Shown: piece by piece, positions 36,995 to 49,859 of the stretch
How the letters are laid out: the number at the start of each line of letters is the position of its first letter
Numbering within the stretch: position 1 is the first letter of the stretch
Source: Vicugna vicugna
Lineage: Eukaryota
Reading direction: 5' to 3'
Assembly: GCA_013265495.1 (NCBI GenBank)
Contig: MU057809.1
Location: 436,001 to 500,000 of the forward strand
Length of the DNA stretch: 64,000 bases
Translations under genes and position numbers: made by a program
Notes under the pieces: model-generated
The model's database searches: none
Seen by the model: only the letters and a program-made list of their open reading frames with translations
Told to the model about the DNA's origin: nothing

Positions 36995-37165
36995 CTGTTT
37001 ATGAAGCGAAGGGTAAGTGTTTAATTAGTCGCCTAATTGCCTGGGTAATTGGGAGACGCACTCAGCTCTCCAAGTAATCAGTCGGAACAGGCCTCGAAAA
37101 TATCTGGCCCAATATTCATTAGTGTGGCTCAGTCGTTAAACAGTTCCCGTGTCTGGTTCATGACG
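36995..37165. promoter_or_regulatory. TAAT-dense putative enhancer
   Basis: TTTAATTAG, CCTAATTG, GTAATTGG, GTAATCA and CATTAG within 130 bp. Confidence 0.6.
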
Positions 37166-37869
37166 CTGCCCCGCCAACAGCTGCGCGCCCTGCAGCCCCC
37201 GCCAGCCCGGCCGGGCAGGCCGCCCGCAAGCACTGCCCGCGGCAGCGCTCCAGGGCGGGGGGTGCCGGGCCCTCCTCCTGCCCTCCCTCCACCCCCCCGG
37301 GGGTCCGGCAGCAGGGTTGCAGGGGCTGGGAGGGGTGCGAAGGGCTCGCTGCCCGGGGCTCAGTGGCGGTGGCAGTGGGCGTAGGAGGTGGCCTACCCTC
37401 AGAAACGGGCTATGGCCCATCGGTGGTACTGCCCCGTGCACAGCCCTTTATAGTTTGCAAAGCAGGTGCACCTCCACAGGTCTGACTCTGTGCAGCCCGG
37501 CAAGGTGAGGATCACAGACGCGCCCACTGTACAGACAGGGAAGCTGAGGCCAGGAGGAGCAGGCCGGCTAGGGCGGAGCCAGGCCTCCCCCGATCAGCAG
37601 GCCTCTGGTCAGTAGGCCCAGCCTGAGCAGCACAGCCACCAGCCCCCTGTCCCCAGAGCCCCGCTGCCCACCTGGAGATTTGGTCATCAGTGGAGGAAGC
37701 TTCTGGCAGCAGAGGAAGGTCAGTGGGGGCACCGGGTGCCCACGGAGGCAGGCAGCCTGCAGGCAGAGTCCTCTGATGTCTGCTGCTGCGAGTGAGCGGC
37801 CACCTGCTTCCCCAGTGCTGGTCACTCACACATCACACCCTCTGCAAGCGGCCCCTCCCCCCTGGCTCT

Positions 37870-38420
37870 GTGCTCTGCGGGGGCAGGCACATCGGTGAAC
37901 AGACGGGACCCAGCTCCTGCCCCACCAACGTCCTTGGGGCACGCAGAGGGAGGGCAACGTGCTAGGAGGGTCTTTCCCGGGAAAGTGGAACCTGGACGGG
38001 GGAGGGTTCCCCAAGCTTAAGCCAGGACCAGGAGAGGGCAGAGGGAGGGAAAAGCATCTCTGGTGGGTGGAACAGCATGTGCAAATTCCCTGAGGATGAT
38101 GGATTGACACCCTTGGGGATGATGTTGGGCGGGGGGTCAGGGTCTTGTTCTAGGAGTCGTGGGAGCCTTTCAGGAGGATTAAGGGGGCATTGAATGATGT
38201 TGTCTGGTTGGCATTTTAAAAAGACCCTCTCTAAGGAGGATAGGCAGGGTGCCGAGGGGAGGCCGGGAGACCCGTGCGGGGTCCAGGCAAGCAGCAGGGT
38301 GGAGGGAGCGCTGTGGACTCGGGCCCAGGCTCCGCCCTTCTCTGCCCTCTCTGGGCCCAGGAGGGGAGCAGGCTTCACCCCCAGCTCACTCTCTGGTTTG
38401 GGGTGGGAGATGACAGAGGT
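37870..38420 (-). mobile_element. L2 fragment, antisense
   Basis: GGAACAGCATGTGCAAA..CCCTGAGG...GGGAGCC...GCATTTTAAAAAGACCCTCT. Confidence 0.65.
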
Positions 38421-39039
38421 GAAGCACGTGTGACCCCGGCTCGGCTGGCCTCCTCTGAAGACCACGGCGCCCCTCCCGCTGTCCCCGGCCCTGGGCCCAG
38501 CCCTCCCGCTGCTCCCGGCCACTGAGCAGGACTCCTGAGTGCTTCCTCCCCTCAGTCCGGCCACACCTCCCAGAACAACTTCCTCGTTACACCTCTCTCC
38601 CGGGGTGGCACCAGCCCTCAGTGGCGCGCGTCAGTCAGCAGACTTGCCCGCATCCCACCGTGGCTGTGGTCGTGGGGATTCGGGTTCACACACTGAAAGC
38701 CCCTTGCCCTGTGGGGACAAGTACATTACCCTGTGGACGGCACACAGAAAGAGCCGGACAGGAATCGGGAAGCCAGGCTCGGATCCCAGCCTCCCTGTGT
38801 GGCCCTGGGCAGGCCACTCGCCCTCTCTGAGCCTCACTGCTCACCTGAGACAGGGAGGTGGGATTGCCGTGGGAACAGAGCTGAGGCCCTGGGTGACGGG
38901 AAGCAGTCCATGTGAGGCGGGGTGGAGCTGTGAATAGCCTCTGTTGGCGGCACCCCCAGCTGCTGCCTGGGGTCCTCACAGAAGGCCCCCATGCCCACCA
39001 ACAGCCGCTCCGCAGCCCTGCTCCTCCAGCCTCCGGCCA

Positions 39040-39225
39040 CCGCCACTCCTCTCTGTGGGTTTGCCTCTTCCGGGCACTTTGAAGGAAGGGAATCCTACGC
39101 CAGGTGTCCTTTTGCGTCTGCTCACGTCACTCAGCAGGGTGTCCTCAACGTGTCTGTGGACACCACGGTGGCCCAGGCTGTGGCAGGTGTCAGAACTTCA
39201 TCCTTTTTGCAGCTGAACCATGTTC
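39040..39225 (-). mobile_element. L1MB-like fragment, antisense
   Basis: TTTGCCT.TTCCGGGCACTT..GGAATC...CCTTTTGCGTCTG..TCACTCAGCA...GTCAGAACTTCATCCTTTTT..GCTGAA. Confidence 0.65.
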
Positions 39226-39409
39226 CACTGCGCAGCCACCGACCGTCTTTGGAGGCCAGTGTGATCATGCTCATTTTGCAGATGTAAACGCTGAGCACCA
39301 GAAAGGCTTGTCTTGTCTTCTGAGCTTGCGACGGCAGGCTGCGAGGCCTCGGAAAGGCGTGGCTGCCGTCTCCAGTGCGCCTCAGCCCTCCTGCCGGCCC
39401 GCGTTTGTC

Positions 39410-40967
39410 TGTTACTGTTTTCCTTCTGCTGGAAGCGCCTCCTTTAGCATTTCTTGTAGTTCAGATCTGCGGGTGGTGGAATCTTTCGGCTGTTGTCCGT
39501 CTGGAAACGCCTCTGTTTCACCCTCAGTTCTGAAAGGTATTTTTGCTGGGTATGGAATTCTCAACTGAGGGGTTTTTCAGTGCTTTAGAGACCCTGCCCC
39601 ACTCTCCCGGCTGGTTTACTTCCACGACAAGCCTGCTGCCATTCTGTTCCTCTGAACGTGTGTCCTTTTTCCGTGGCTGCTGTTCAGGCTTTCCTCTTTA
39701 CCGTGGCTTTTAAGCATCGGCCTGATGCGCCTCGGGAGTTTGGCTCATGTTTCTTAAACTTGGAGTATTTTGGGTTTTTATCTGTGAGTTTACAGTTTTC
39801 ATCAAATTTGGTAAATTTTCAGCCAAAGTTCTTCAAATATTTTTGCTTCCCCATTTTTCCTTCAGAAACTCCGACTACATGTACGTTGGGCCACTGGAAA
39901 GTGTCTCACAGACAACCGGTGACTTTTTCATTTTAAAATTCTTGGCTCCATTTTCATTCTCTGTAACTTCTCTTACTGTGCCTTCAAGTTCCCTGATCTT
40001 TTCTTCTACCGTGTCTAATTTGCTGTTGATCCCATCAAGTGTACTTTTCATCTGAGACACAGCCATTTTCAACTCTGAAGTTTCAATTTGCTCTTTTTCC
40101 CCACATCTTCCATGTCTCTACTTAGCCTTTCAAACAGGTAGAGTAGTTATAATAACCGATTGAATGTTTTGTCCATTCACCCTAATGCCTGTTCTAACAT
40201 CTGTGCCAGTTCTGGGTCAGTTTTAGTTAACGGAGTACACTCCTTGTTGTGGGCCGTGTGTTTCTGCTTTTTTAATGCCTGATCATCTTCGGTCAGACGC
40301 CAGACGTTGTGACTTTCACCTCGCTGCTTGCTGGATGTTTTTGTATTCCTGCAAATGTATATGAGCTCTGGTTTGGGAATGCAGTTCAGTTACTGGAAAG
40401 CTGACCCCTTCTGGCTTTGCTGTTATTGTTGACTTTGTGCACCTGGAGTAGCTCTGAGCTGTGTGCTAACTGTTCCCCACGACGAAGCAAGACCTGTCTG
40501 AAAATTCTTCCCAAGTCCCTGTGAAGGATGAGTCTGCTGGCAGGAAGGGCATGCTCCCAGTGCTGTCCGAGTACCGGGCACTGTCCTCTTCCCCTTTTGG
40601 GTGGTTCCTTCCCAGGCCTTAGATAGTTTCCCCACCTGCACGCAGGAACGGGCTCAGAGTTCTGACTCTCGCCCCCTTTGGGTGCACTGTCCTCCCAGTT
40701 CCACCTTGGTCTCCCCAGACTCTTGGCTCTGCCTCAGGGAGTTTGCCAGGCCACGTCTGGCTTCTTTCTTTCTGCCTCATGGTGTAGAAATTCTCCCAAT
40801 GGCAGGACTCATCTCATTTCTCCCCTATTTTTCTGGAATCTCTGTCCTTCACTGCCTGATGTCCAGGGTCTTGAAAATCAGTCTTTCTTATATTTTGCAT
40901 GTGTGTGTGTTTTTTTTTAAAAGATGAACCTAATCCTATTACTTGATCTTGGATGGAAGTGGAAATC
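39410..40967 (-). mobile_element. Old L1 (L1M4/L1MC-ME or HAL1) 5' UTR plus decayed ORF1
   Basis: ORF 39875..40072(-) MKSTLDGINSKLDTVEEKIRELE resembles the ORF1p coiled coil; TTTAGCATTTCTTGTAGT..GAAAGGTATTTTTGCTGGGTAT.GAATTCT resembles the ORF1 C-terminal region; minus strand begins GATTTCCACTTCCATCCAAGAT like old L1 5' ends. Confidence 0.8.
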
Positions 40968-41769
40968 CCCAGACTATTCCCATTTCAGGAAAGTCAGAAC
41001 CCAGATGTGGACCCACTGGCTGACATCTGAGCCCTGGATCAAGCCAGGCCTGAAGTGATCTATCCCAGACATTTCAGCTCTAGGAGGCAACCAATTCCCT
41101 CTTCTAAGCTGGTCAAGCTGGGCTGTCTGCCCCTTGCTACTGCCAGTTTCCTCTTCGACCACGGCTGCCCAAGGCGGCTTCCCAGAGGTGAGACAGTGGG
41201 AGTGAGTGCAAGGCTAGGCCAGGCTGGGCAGGTGCAGGGGCACGAGGTGAGTGCCGTGCTTTTGAAAACCCACCCTGGCCAGGTGAGATGGGTGGATGGG
41301 TCTGATGTTTCCTACTCCCAGTCCTCTAATGGTTTCTCAAAACGTTTAGAAGAAAGCCCGGAGTCCTCAGGGTGAAGTGACAAGGCCCGGCCTCTCTTGT
41401 CCCGTCTCCTGCCCATCCTGCAGGCTACCCGCCCACTCCCACCCCAGGGCCTTTGCACCTACTGCACCAGCTGCCTGGGCCACGCCCTTGGGTATCTGTG
41501 TGGCTCCACAGTGAGCCTTGGGGTGCCCTAGACCCCCACACAGTGAGGTAGTACCTTCCCCTCCTGAGGACCTTACACCAAGGAGGGAACAAAAGAGAGG
41601 AAGCAGTGGCCCCTCAGAGGCTCCCGTGACCCCAGAGCGTCCTAGAACAGGCCCTACTGCCAGCCCGCCTCCCTGGGGCAGGGCTGGGGAGGCATGGTCC
41701 CAGACCTCCACACTGCCCTCCCCTGCCCAATATCCCTTCCAACAGAGAGGATGGGTAGGGGGAGCGAGG

Positions 41770-41940
41770 AAGGAAAAATAATTACTTCTCAGCCTCTAAC
41801 CTTTCCGGCAAGCGACTCGGTAATAAATAATCCCCACGTCCCTCCAGTGCGATCCGTCAGCAGGAGCTCCCAATTACTTTAGACTCACTCTGAAACCGCT
41901 TCCAGTCCCACTTTCAAATAAATAAAAAATTAACATGAGA
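41770..41940. promoter_or_regulatory. Putative enhancer island
   Basis: AATAATTAC, TAATAAATAATCC, CCAATTAC and AATTAAC. Confidence 0.45.
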
Positions 41941-42914
41941 CCGGAGCAGAGACCCAGATGCAGGGGTCCCAGCCCCCTCCCCAAGTTGTGCCTGAGCCGG
42001 GGTGGGTGGTGTCCCTGGGGAGCACCAGGCCCCAGAGCAAGGCTTGAAGCCGGAGGTCAGGGGAGGAGCTGGCCACCTGCCACATCTCCCGCAGGACCCC
42101 CTGTCACATCCAGGGTCCGGACAGGGGAGCTGCCGCCCTGCAGGCCAGTGCCCGGGCCCGCCTGCGGTCCTGGGGCATTTGGTCTTGGGCCCAGTCCCCA
42201 GGCCCAGCACCGGGCAGACAAGCTGACCACAGCCTCCTTCCTCCCCAGCCCGCTCGACCGAGCCTCCCATCCAGGCCTCAGTTGTTTCCTCCATAAGGAA
42301 GCCTGGGGGGTGATGAGGTGACCCCTAAACGCCCTTGAAGCGCTGGCATTGAGCCCCCGCCCATAAGAGGCCCTGATTTTCTCTCTGCGCTGGCCTGGGG
42401 ACCCTGCTGCTCCTCTGAGCACCAACCCCCGCAGCATCAGAGCCTCTTCAGGGGAGTCTCGGAGGCAGCCTGGCCCCTCCCAGACCCGGACTGCCCAGGC
42501 TGTGACGGTTGGCGGCAGGGGCCTTCTCTGATAGTAACCAGATGGTGGTCGGAGAGGCAGAGACCAGGCTCCACCCCCGCCGGCCCCAACCAGGTCTGCT
42601 CTGCGCATCACAGCCCCCCTCCCCATCCCCCATTGTCTCGCAGCTCCTTGGCTGAAGGAGGGGAGGAAGCCCCTGCCAAGGCCCTGCCTGCTGGCACACG
42701 GCTGACAGTGGTGGGGGGGATGGGGGGGTGGCGCCCCCCCCCAGTCCCGGGCCTCCTGAAGCTGTATGCCGATTGCCCACGTGGGGCAGGGCTCTCCTCC
42801 TGGGTGTCGGGAAGGTGAGGGCCGTTGGGGTGCCCAGCAGGGCCAGGGAGCAGTGGCCAGGCAGGTGTGGAGGCAGCTGGGGGCGCATGGGCCCCTTGGC
42901 CAGGCCCTCCTTGG

Positions 42915-43050
42915 GAGAATTAATTAAACATAGCTCTCTCTGCTGCCACCAGGCGATTTCTGCTGACCTCACCAGGCCGATTAATATTTAATTAGCCTTT
43001 CAGAGGAAGGGAAAGCCCTTATTAACCTGCTACGTCAATCTGTCAGCGCC
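42915..43050. promoter_or_regulatory. Putative homeodomain-bound enhancer island
   Basis: AATTAATTAAACA, GATTAATATTTAATTAG, CTTATTAAC and CTGTCA. Confidence 0.55.
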
Positions 43051-44219
43051 CGGGCTGAGGCTTGGACGGACAGCGTTCCCAGGAAGGCGAGAAAATGACC
43101 TGGGCGCGCCAGCTCCTGGGCCTCCTGGACCCCACCCCGCCTCCTCCACGAGACCGGCTGAGACCAGTCCTTGGCCCAGGAATGACTGCCCCAACCCTGG
43201 GCTGCACGGAGATCTGAGGGCTGAGCTTGTGCTGCCCTGGCCCAGCCTGTCAGCCTGAGTCGGGTGGGCAGGGGCAGAGGACGGAGGGGGCCCTTTACCG
43301 GGCCAGGCCATCCTCTGAGCACCGTTCACGGGTCTGCTTGCAGGTCAGGGTCCCTGCTGCTCTGGGCCCAGTGCCTGCTGCCGACTTGTGGGGGAAGGAG
43401 TGTGCGGCCCCAGGATTTGAGGGGTGGCTCCACACTGAGGCCCCAAGAGCTGCGGGGACTAGGCCAGGCAGGGCCCTGCTACAATGGGAGGTGCTTCCAA
43501 ACCAAGACCAGCACCCAGCAGCCGCCGCTCGGCACCAGCTTACCATCACCCGCTGGGTCCGCCAGTGTTTCACAGGAAGCCAGAAAAGTGAGCTTCGCAT
43601 GAGCTCACCTTGACGTTCGAGTCCAGGATAACAGATGCCATCCGCCAAACACCTGGGCGAGAGTGGTAGCCCACAGGCGGAGTGAGGGACCCACGCCGGC
43701 ACCTGCAGCCCCAGCACAGAACAGGTCCTCAGCAAATTCCAGAGGATGGACCAGAGGAAGGGTGGGAGGTGAAGCGGGAGCTGGCAGACAGGAGGACAGC
43801 CCAGGCCAGCCCTGCTGCGCAGGCCTCCTTGCCTGGCCACGCCCACCTTGGCTGCCAAATCCTGGCCCGCCCCCACCCCCACCAGGTCTGCGGACCTGCC
43901 CAGACGCCCCTAGACCCCTGCGCATGCTGAATCTGCGCCAAAAGGCAGGCAGACACAGGACTCTGCCTCTGGGCACGCTCTGGGGAGGCCAGCAGGACCT
44001 GTAGGGGTGAAGGAGGAACCCCAAGACCCCTGGAGGGTGTCCCCAGTGAGATATCACCCAGATGGGGGTGCTGATCAGGGCAGAGTGGGGACACCTGGGA
44101 TGGGCTGGCATGGGGGCTGCCCGGTGCCCCTCTCGGCCAGCCGACCTCCCAGACCTCTCCTGAGCCCAGAGCCAGGCACGCGGGCGACTCTGCCAGGACC
44201 TCTCTCCCCCGTGTTAGCA

Positions 44220-44325
44220 GGCAGTGATGAAATTTTTAAATAAGGCAAAAAATATTAAAACTCCCCCGAGTTTTATTAACTAGCTAGGTAATTACAAACT
44301 GGCCTAATTAAAACCCACCCGCGGA
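44220..44325. promoter_or_regulatory. Putative homeodomain-bound enhancer island
   Basis: TTTTATTAAC, GTAATTAC and CCTAATTAAAA. Confidence 0.5.
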
Positions 44326-45379
44326 AAGCACTGGTGGGCGGCCCGGCGGGAAGGGAAGGAGGGGGAGCTTCCTTGCTCTGAGACTCGGTTTCCCCAGGCG
44401 GAACACAGGGATGATACTAACTGCTGACCCAGAAGGCTGCCGGGAAGGTGAAACGCAGAGTGTTCACCTGCTCAGAGAGGCCAAGGGCCCCGCCCAAGCT
44501 GCACAGCACTGACTGGTGGGGCTGAACTTGACCCCTGGGAAGACAAGGGCTTCTCTTCCGTGCCTGACCCACGCAGGGGTGGATGCAGAGGGTCCTGGGG
44601 ACCCTCACTGAGAAAGCATGATCATGATCGGTCAGCATGGGGTCCGGGGGCCTGTGGAACTTCCAACCCGGACACGTCTTCCCTCTGAGAAGTAGCGGTG
44701 GAGTCAGGCCTTATGGGACGAGATGGGCTTGCTCACTGCAGAAGAGGGGTCCTGGAGCGGACACGCCTGGCGGAGGGCACGGCAGAGGCCAGGGCCAGGA
44801 GGTGCGGAGGCCTGGAGGTTCTGAGAGGCTGCAGCTTGTGGGGCAGGGCTGCGAAGAGGTGGAGGGGCCACAGGGGTCATGGTCTGTCCAGCTCCCTCCC
44901 CGACCGGGGCAGCTGTGAGCACGGGCTGGAGGGTGGGCGGCAGGGTCTGGGTGGGGGTGGGCACGAGCTCACCGGTCGTGGGACTTGGAGGGATGAGACG
45001 GAGACCCCAGACGGGCCTGACACCCAGTGGGGAAACCATGGCCGGGGAGGCAGGGGGTGTTCGGGGAGGAGCCCAAGGGGAAAGAGACAGAGACAGAGAC
45101 CCACCCAGGCTCGGGAGCGGGAAGGTGCCCCTTGCAGAGACGTAACCAGTCGCCTCCACTTGTCACCCAGAGGGGGTCCAGGCCTCTGGTGGTCCCCAGA
45201 CGCCCACTCCGTCACCCCCGCAGGAATTCACAATGGGTCTTCCCCCTTACCCTGACTCCAGCCCTGATAGCTCAGGGTGTCCCCACGCCAGACCCCTAGA
45301 CCCATCTGTCCACCAAAAGGGAGAGCTCCGCGTGGCAGCAGGGACTGCAGGGAGCCTGCGGGGTCACCCAGGGCTTGGC

Positions 45380-45510
45380 CACTGGCCAGCTGTGTGGCCT
45401 TGGCGAGTCATCTGACCCCAGACTCAGTTTCTCCATCTGTCAAGTGGGGTGAGGATCCCCACCTCCTAGGCTACTGAGTATGTTAAGCACCCAGCACACA
45501 GTAGGTACCC
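45380..45510 (+). mobile_element. MIR SINE
   Basis: AGCTGTGTGGCCTTGG...CTCAGTTTCTCCATCTGTCAAGTGGGG...CAGCACACAGTAGG. Confidence 0.8.
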
Positions 45511-46374
45511 TCCCCAGGGACCTGCCTGCCACCCCCCAGCCCATCCCCTCGAGACTGGGAGTCCTGGGTTCCCCGCAGTCTGTTCTGGCTGCCGTCCCCA
45601 CAGCTCATAAACCCCTGAGCTTTGATCTGTCCTCATTCCGTCTCGGCCGGCCAGAAGAGATGGGGGCTCTTCCCAGCCCGTCCCCCTCACCCCACTGCCT
45701 CCATTAACCTCTGCACTCCTGCCGGAAGGAGCAGCTCCAGCCCTGGCCCGTTCCCATGGCGGAGGCACCTCGAGGGTGGGCTTCGAGGGGGGTCCGAGGG
45801 CCAGCCTGGGAGAAGGTCCTGCGAGGAAGAGCCCAGGGCCCGGGGTTATGCTGGGCGCCAGGAGACACAGGCTGGCAGTCGTGGACACTGGCAGCCTCAA
45901 CCCAGACCCGCAGTCTCCCAGAAAGAGCCCGGGGCAGTGTGTGGGGGAGGCAGGAGAAATCACAGGGAGGGCCCGGAGACTTCTCGGCTAAAGGTCCCTG
46001 GCTGCCGGGAGGGGAGGGGAGCAGAGGGGACATCTTCCTGTCACAGCAGTGTCACCATGGGGTCTCTGTCTCAGCTCACGTGGGGCCCGGCCCCTGCTCC
46101 CTCCCCCGCAGACCTCAGGAGGACCCCGGTCCTGCTGGCTCTGCCTCTGTGCTGTGTGACTTTGGGCAAGGCCCTGCCCTCTCTGGGCTCCTGCCCCGTC
46201 CAGGCCTCCTGTGGCCCCTGTGCTGTGAACTCCGTGGAAACTGCACCACGACCCGTCTTACCCACCTTCTCACTGAGTGCTCCGGGGGCTCCCTGTGCCC
46301 GGCACGCACTGCCCAGAGACGGCACGGAGAGGAGGAGGCCCCCACCACATCCTCACGCCCCCGACGTCGGCTCC

Positions 46375-46775
46375 ATCTGCAATCGACACATTTCCCTCCC
46401 CGACAGGATGCATGTTCTCCCTGTCGGGTTTACAAATAACTTCAAATTTTACTGTTTTCTTTCCCTAATGAATTCCCTGAACCGTGTTACAAGCTCCCCG
46501 GTAATGAATGTGGGGCGGTGGGGGCGGTGGGCCCGGTGGGCCGCGGTCCTCCACGGGCTCCCAGTGAGGCGCGGCTGAATTAGCCTCACAGCGCAGAGCA
46601 CATGGTCCTGACGCAGCCCGCTCGCCGCAATGGTGGGAATCCATTGTATTGACAACATCCATTTGTGTGATTCCTGATTCGGATTTTGTGCTGAACTGTG
46701 TTTGAAAGGCTCTGCTGCCCCTGGTTACCTCTTTAATTGTGCTTAAAAATCCAGATTAATTCAGAGGTGAAGTTG
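46375..46775. promoter_or_regulatory. Putative enhancer cluster
   Basis: TACAAATAAC, CTAATGAAT, GTAATGAAT, CATTGTATTGACAAC (SOX-like), TTTAATTG and GATTAATTC. Confidence 0.55.
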
Positions 46776-48548
46776 ACCGCGCTGGGTAGGGGCCTTGCTG
46801 GGCCCGAGCCGTCGATGGCTCCCGGGTCCCTGGAGTGGTCGCTTTCACAGGGAGCTCCCCAGTGATGCCTCCAACACACTCACAAGCCCCCTGGGAGCTG
46901 CCAGAAACCCTCTGGGTGCAGACGGGGTGGCCGGGAGCCTGGCGGGCAGGAAAGGGGGAAGGCAGCTCCTGGACATAGAGCGGGGTCCACCTATGGCTGC
47001 CTCGGTGGGCGCGCGTTCGGTGACTCCCACTTGAGAGGCAAGAAAGTTAAGGCAGAGACCCAGTTGCCCAGGGCCCTCAATCGGCGAGCGGGTGGGTCCG
47101 GGCGGAGCCCCCCTGAAGGAGGCTGGGAGGCTTTGCGCGGGCCCCAGCTCCTCCCGCCATTCACGAACCTGAGGGGTTCAAGGGTCCCCTGGTCCCACTC
47201 CCCAAAGTTACTGGTGGAGAAACGGACAGAGCAGCTGAGGGCTGCGGGTCACATGGAGGGGTGGTGACATCCGCCCAAGGTCAGCCTCTGGTTCCGCCAT
47301 CCTGTCGATTCTGGGCTGTTCTCCCACTGCGGGGGGCAGTCGCTGGAGAGGGGGAGCCGGCCAGACAGGCATCCCAGGCGGGAGCGAGGACCTGGGGTCC
47401 AGCTGAGCCAGGTCCAGATCCTGGCTCCTCCCCAACTTGCTTGGACAGTCCTTTCCCTCTTGAGCCTCAGTTTCCCCATCTGGACAGGGGAGTCCGGACA
47501 CTGAGCTGGCAGGGCTTCTGTGCAGTTGAAGGTGATGCTCGGTGGTCTGTGTCTGCATGGGGCCAGCATGCAGTGGGTGCTCAGCAGAGCTGGCTGAGGT
47601 CGAGGGCATGGCCGTCAGGGAGAGGTCACATTTCCCTGTGCTCCGCCCCTCAGGTCCCAGGAGGCTGGGGGCGGTGAGGCACTCATACCCCACCTCTCAC
47701 CAGGGGCGTCCATCCTTCCAGCACATCACACGCAGAATTTCCGGGAGGTGGGAGCACCCCCAGAGCACTGCCCCACGCCCTCAGGCAAATCTGAACCGGA
47801 CCCCTGTGTCAGGCGGGGGTGGGGTGCGAGAGCGCCAGCTGCTTCCAACCACGCCCGAGACCTGTCCAGGCCGCCTGCTCTGGAACCCAACCCCACCCAC
47901 AGGAGGCCCTGCCCTTTGCCCCCTCTGAGCCCCGTGTCTGAGCCCATCAGACCGGGATGGCCAAGCCCGAAATCAGCTAAAGGTGGGGCAGAGGGGAGCT
48001 CCGCTCCCCCAGGGGTGCACAGTGGAGGAAATACACCTGATCATGGTGACCCCCCAGCAGGGAGCAGCAGGCAAGGTGATGGGCCTTCTTGGGTGGGCCA
48101 TGCACTGCAGAGCGCTCTCAGGAGGGGCTGTGGGGGCGGGGGGAGCGGGATGACATGGGCCACAAGCTCAGCAGAGAAGTGGTCCAGCTGAGGCTGCCTC
48201 CAGGGCTTGCGGAGGGAGGGGATCGGCCCCCAGAGGTGATCTCACCTGGGGGCCTGGGGTTGGGGCGCCCGCGTCACCCGGCCACGACACAGGCTGACCT
48301 GGGGAGAGGGGTGCAAGTGTCCAAGTGTCTGCCCTTGGCCAGTGGGGGGGCGCTTCTGGGAGGGGGCACCTGTGAGCCACCAGCAGCTGGGCGAGAGGAA
48401 AGCTGTCCTGGCAAAGGGGCCCCATGCCTCCCATCACACAGGGAGGAGGTGGAGCCCTGAAATCGGGTCTGGGGCTCAGCAAAGCCAACGGCACCTCGCC
48501 TTGCTCAGCAGATGGCACGCACAGACACTCCTGGGCACAGCGCTCAGC

Positions 48549-48779
48549 GGCTCTCCTGAGATGCAAGGGGGAAAGCAAGTGCCAGGCAGGTGAGCAGGGC
48601 AGGTGGGCAGGGTGGGGGCAGCGGGGAGCCAGGAGACCTGGGTGCACTGTCCCTCGCAGGCTGAGTAGCCTCGGGAGAATGCCTGCACCTCTCTGGGCCT
48701 TTGGTGGGATGAGATGATCCCGCCTGGCTCCGAGGACCAGAGGACCAGGGGAGGAGGGGAACCAGGGCAATGCATGATG
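48549..48779 (+). repeat. Left arm of inverted duplication (partner 55139-55366)
   Basis: Manual alignment gives ~16 differences over ~215 bp; ORFs 48424(+) and 55202(-) share AGEQGRWAGWGQRGARRPGC.VPRRLSSL.RMPAPLWAFG.MR. Confidence 0.95.
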
Positions 48780-48799
48780 TGCCTCACCAGTCATGTCTC

Positions 48800-48865
48800 A
48801 CCAGTCGCAGAACTGTGCAGCCTTCACCACGGTCAGTTTCAGAGCATCTTCATCACCCCAGTAGC
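48800..48865 (-). mobile_element. Short antisense L1 3'-end fragment
   Basis: CAGAACTGTGCAGCCTTCACCAC..TCAGTTTCAGAGCATCTTCATCACCCCA. Confidence 0.6.
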
Positions 48866-49319
48866 AGCCCTTTTTTCATTAACTTGTCCCTAAGTATTTG
48901 ATTCTGTTTTTGCACACACATTTGGAAGACCTCTAGTGTTGGTTTCTGCAAGGGGTTAAAAAAATCTCATGTGGTGGAGGAGGCTGGAAAGAAGTGGGAT
49001 TTGGGTGGAGGGAGACCCCTCTATCTCTGCATAACGTTTACCCCCAAATCCAGCAGCTTGGAAGAGGCTCGGCAGAGAGGAAGTCTGCCTGTGGCTTCTC
49101 GTCCTGTCTCCAGATACCCGGACCCGGCTCCCCGGGCAGGGCCCAGGCTCCACTCTGTCCCCTAATGGAGAGCAGGCCCTTCCCCAGGGCAAGCACGCTT
49201 TCACGTCCTGGAGGGACGGAGACCTCGGCAGGCTCCCAGAGGAACCCCAAGTTTGCCCCTGACCCACAGTTCCCTCCTCCATTTACAACTGAGCTTCTGG
49301 GCAGGGTTCTGACAGCCAC

Positions 49320-49670
49320 TGGTAATTAAATGCGGGGCTCAGGGCCTCCTACCACTCCCAGCCACGGCTGCAGGGCCAGGCCTTCACCTTCCCAGGGCCG
49401 AGATGCCTCTGCCAGGAAGTCCCCCGCACACCAGCCGAGTTATTTACTTTCCTTAATAACCTTTCACGAGGGCCTCACCGTGGCCTTCAGCAGAGCAGAG
49501 GAGCCGGCTCTGAGGTCGTCCTTTGGATGTGATTTTATTAACTTAAAGTTGGGCCCCCGGCAGGTTAAGCAGCAGCCCTCCCCCAACAACCCCGGGCTGC
49601 ACCGGCTGGACGCCTGGCCCTCCTGCTCTAGTTGTGGTGTGGCTCGGCCCGGTTTAATTAAATCCTCCCT
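49320..49670. promoter_or_regulatory. Putative enhancer island
   Basis: GTAATTAAAT, TATTTAC, TTTTATTAAC and TTTAATTAAAT. Confidence 0.45.
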
Positions 49671-49859
49671 CCGCCCGGCCAAGGGCGGCCTGCACGGGCG
49701 GGAGACCCACAGCGCCTTCTAACACACGGCTGCCACCTGCCTCCTCTCCCCCACGCTCCTGCCCACCTGCCTCTGAACAGCAGGCCTGGGTTTTTTAAAT
49801 TAATCAATTGTCTATTTAATCAATCAAAATCCATCCATTTTATTTAATCCCATAATGAA

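Noticed and set aside
39875..40072. Coiled-coil ORF as a host gene
   Set aside because: It resembles decayed L1 ORF1p within a larger antisense L1 remnant.
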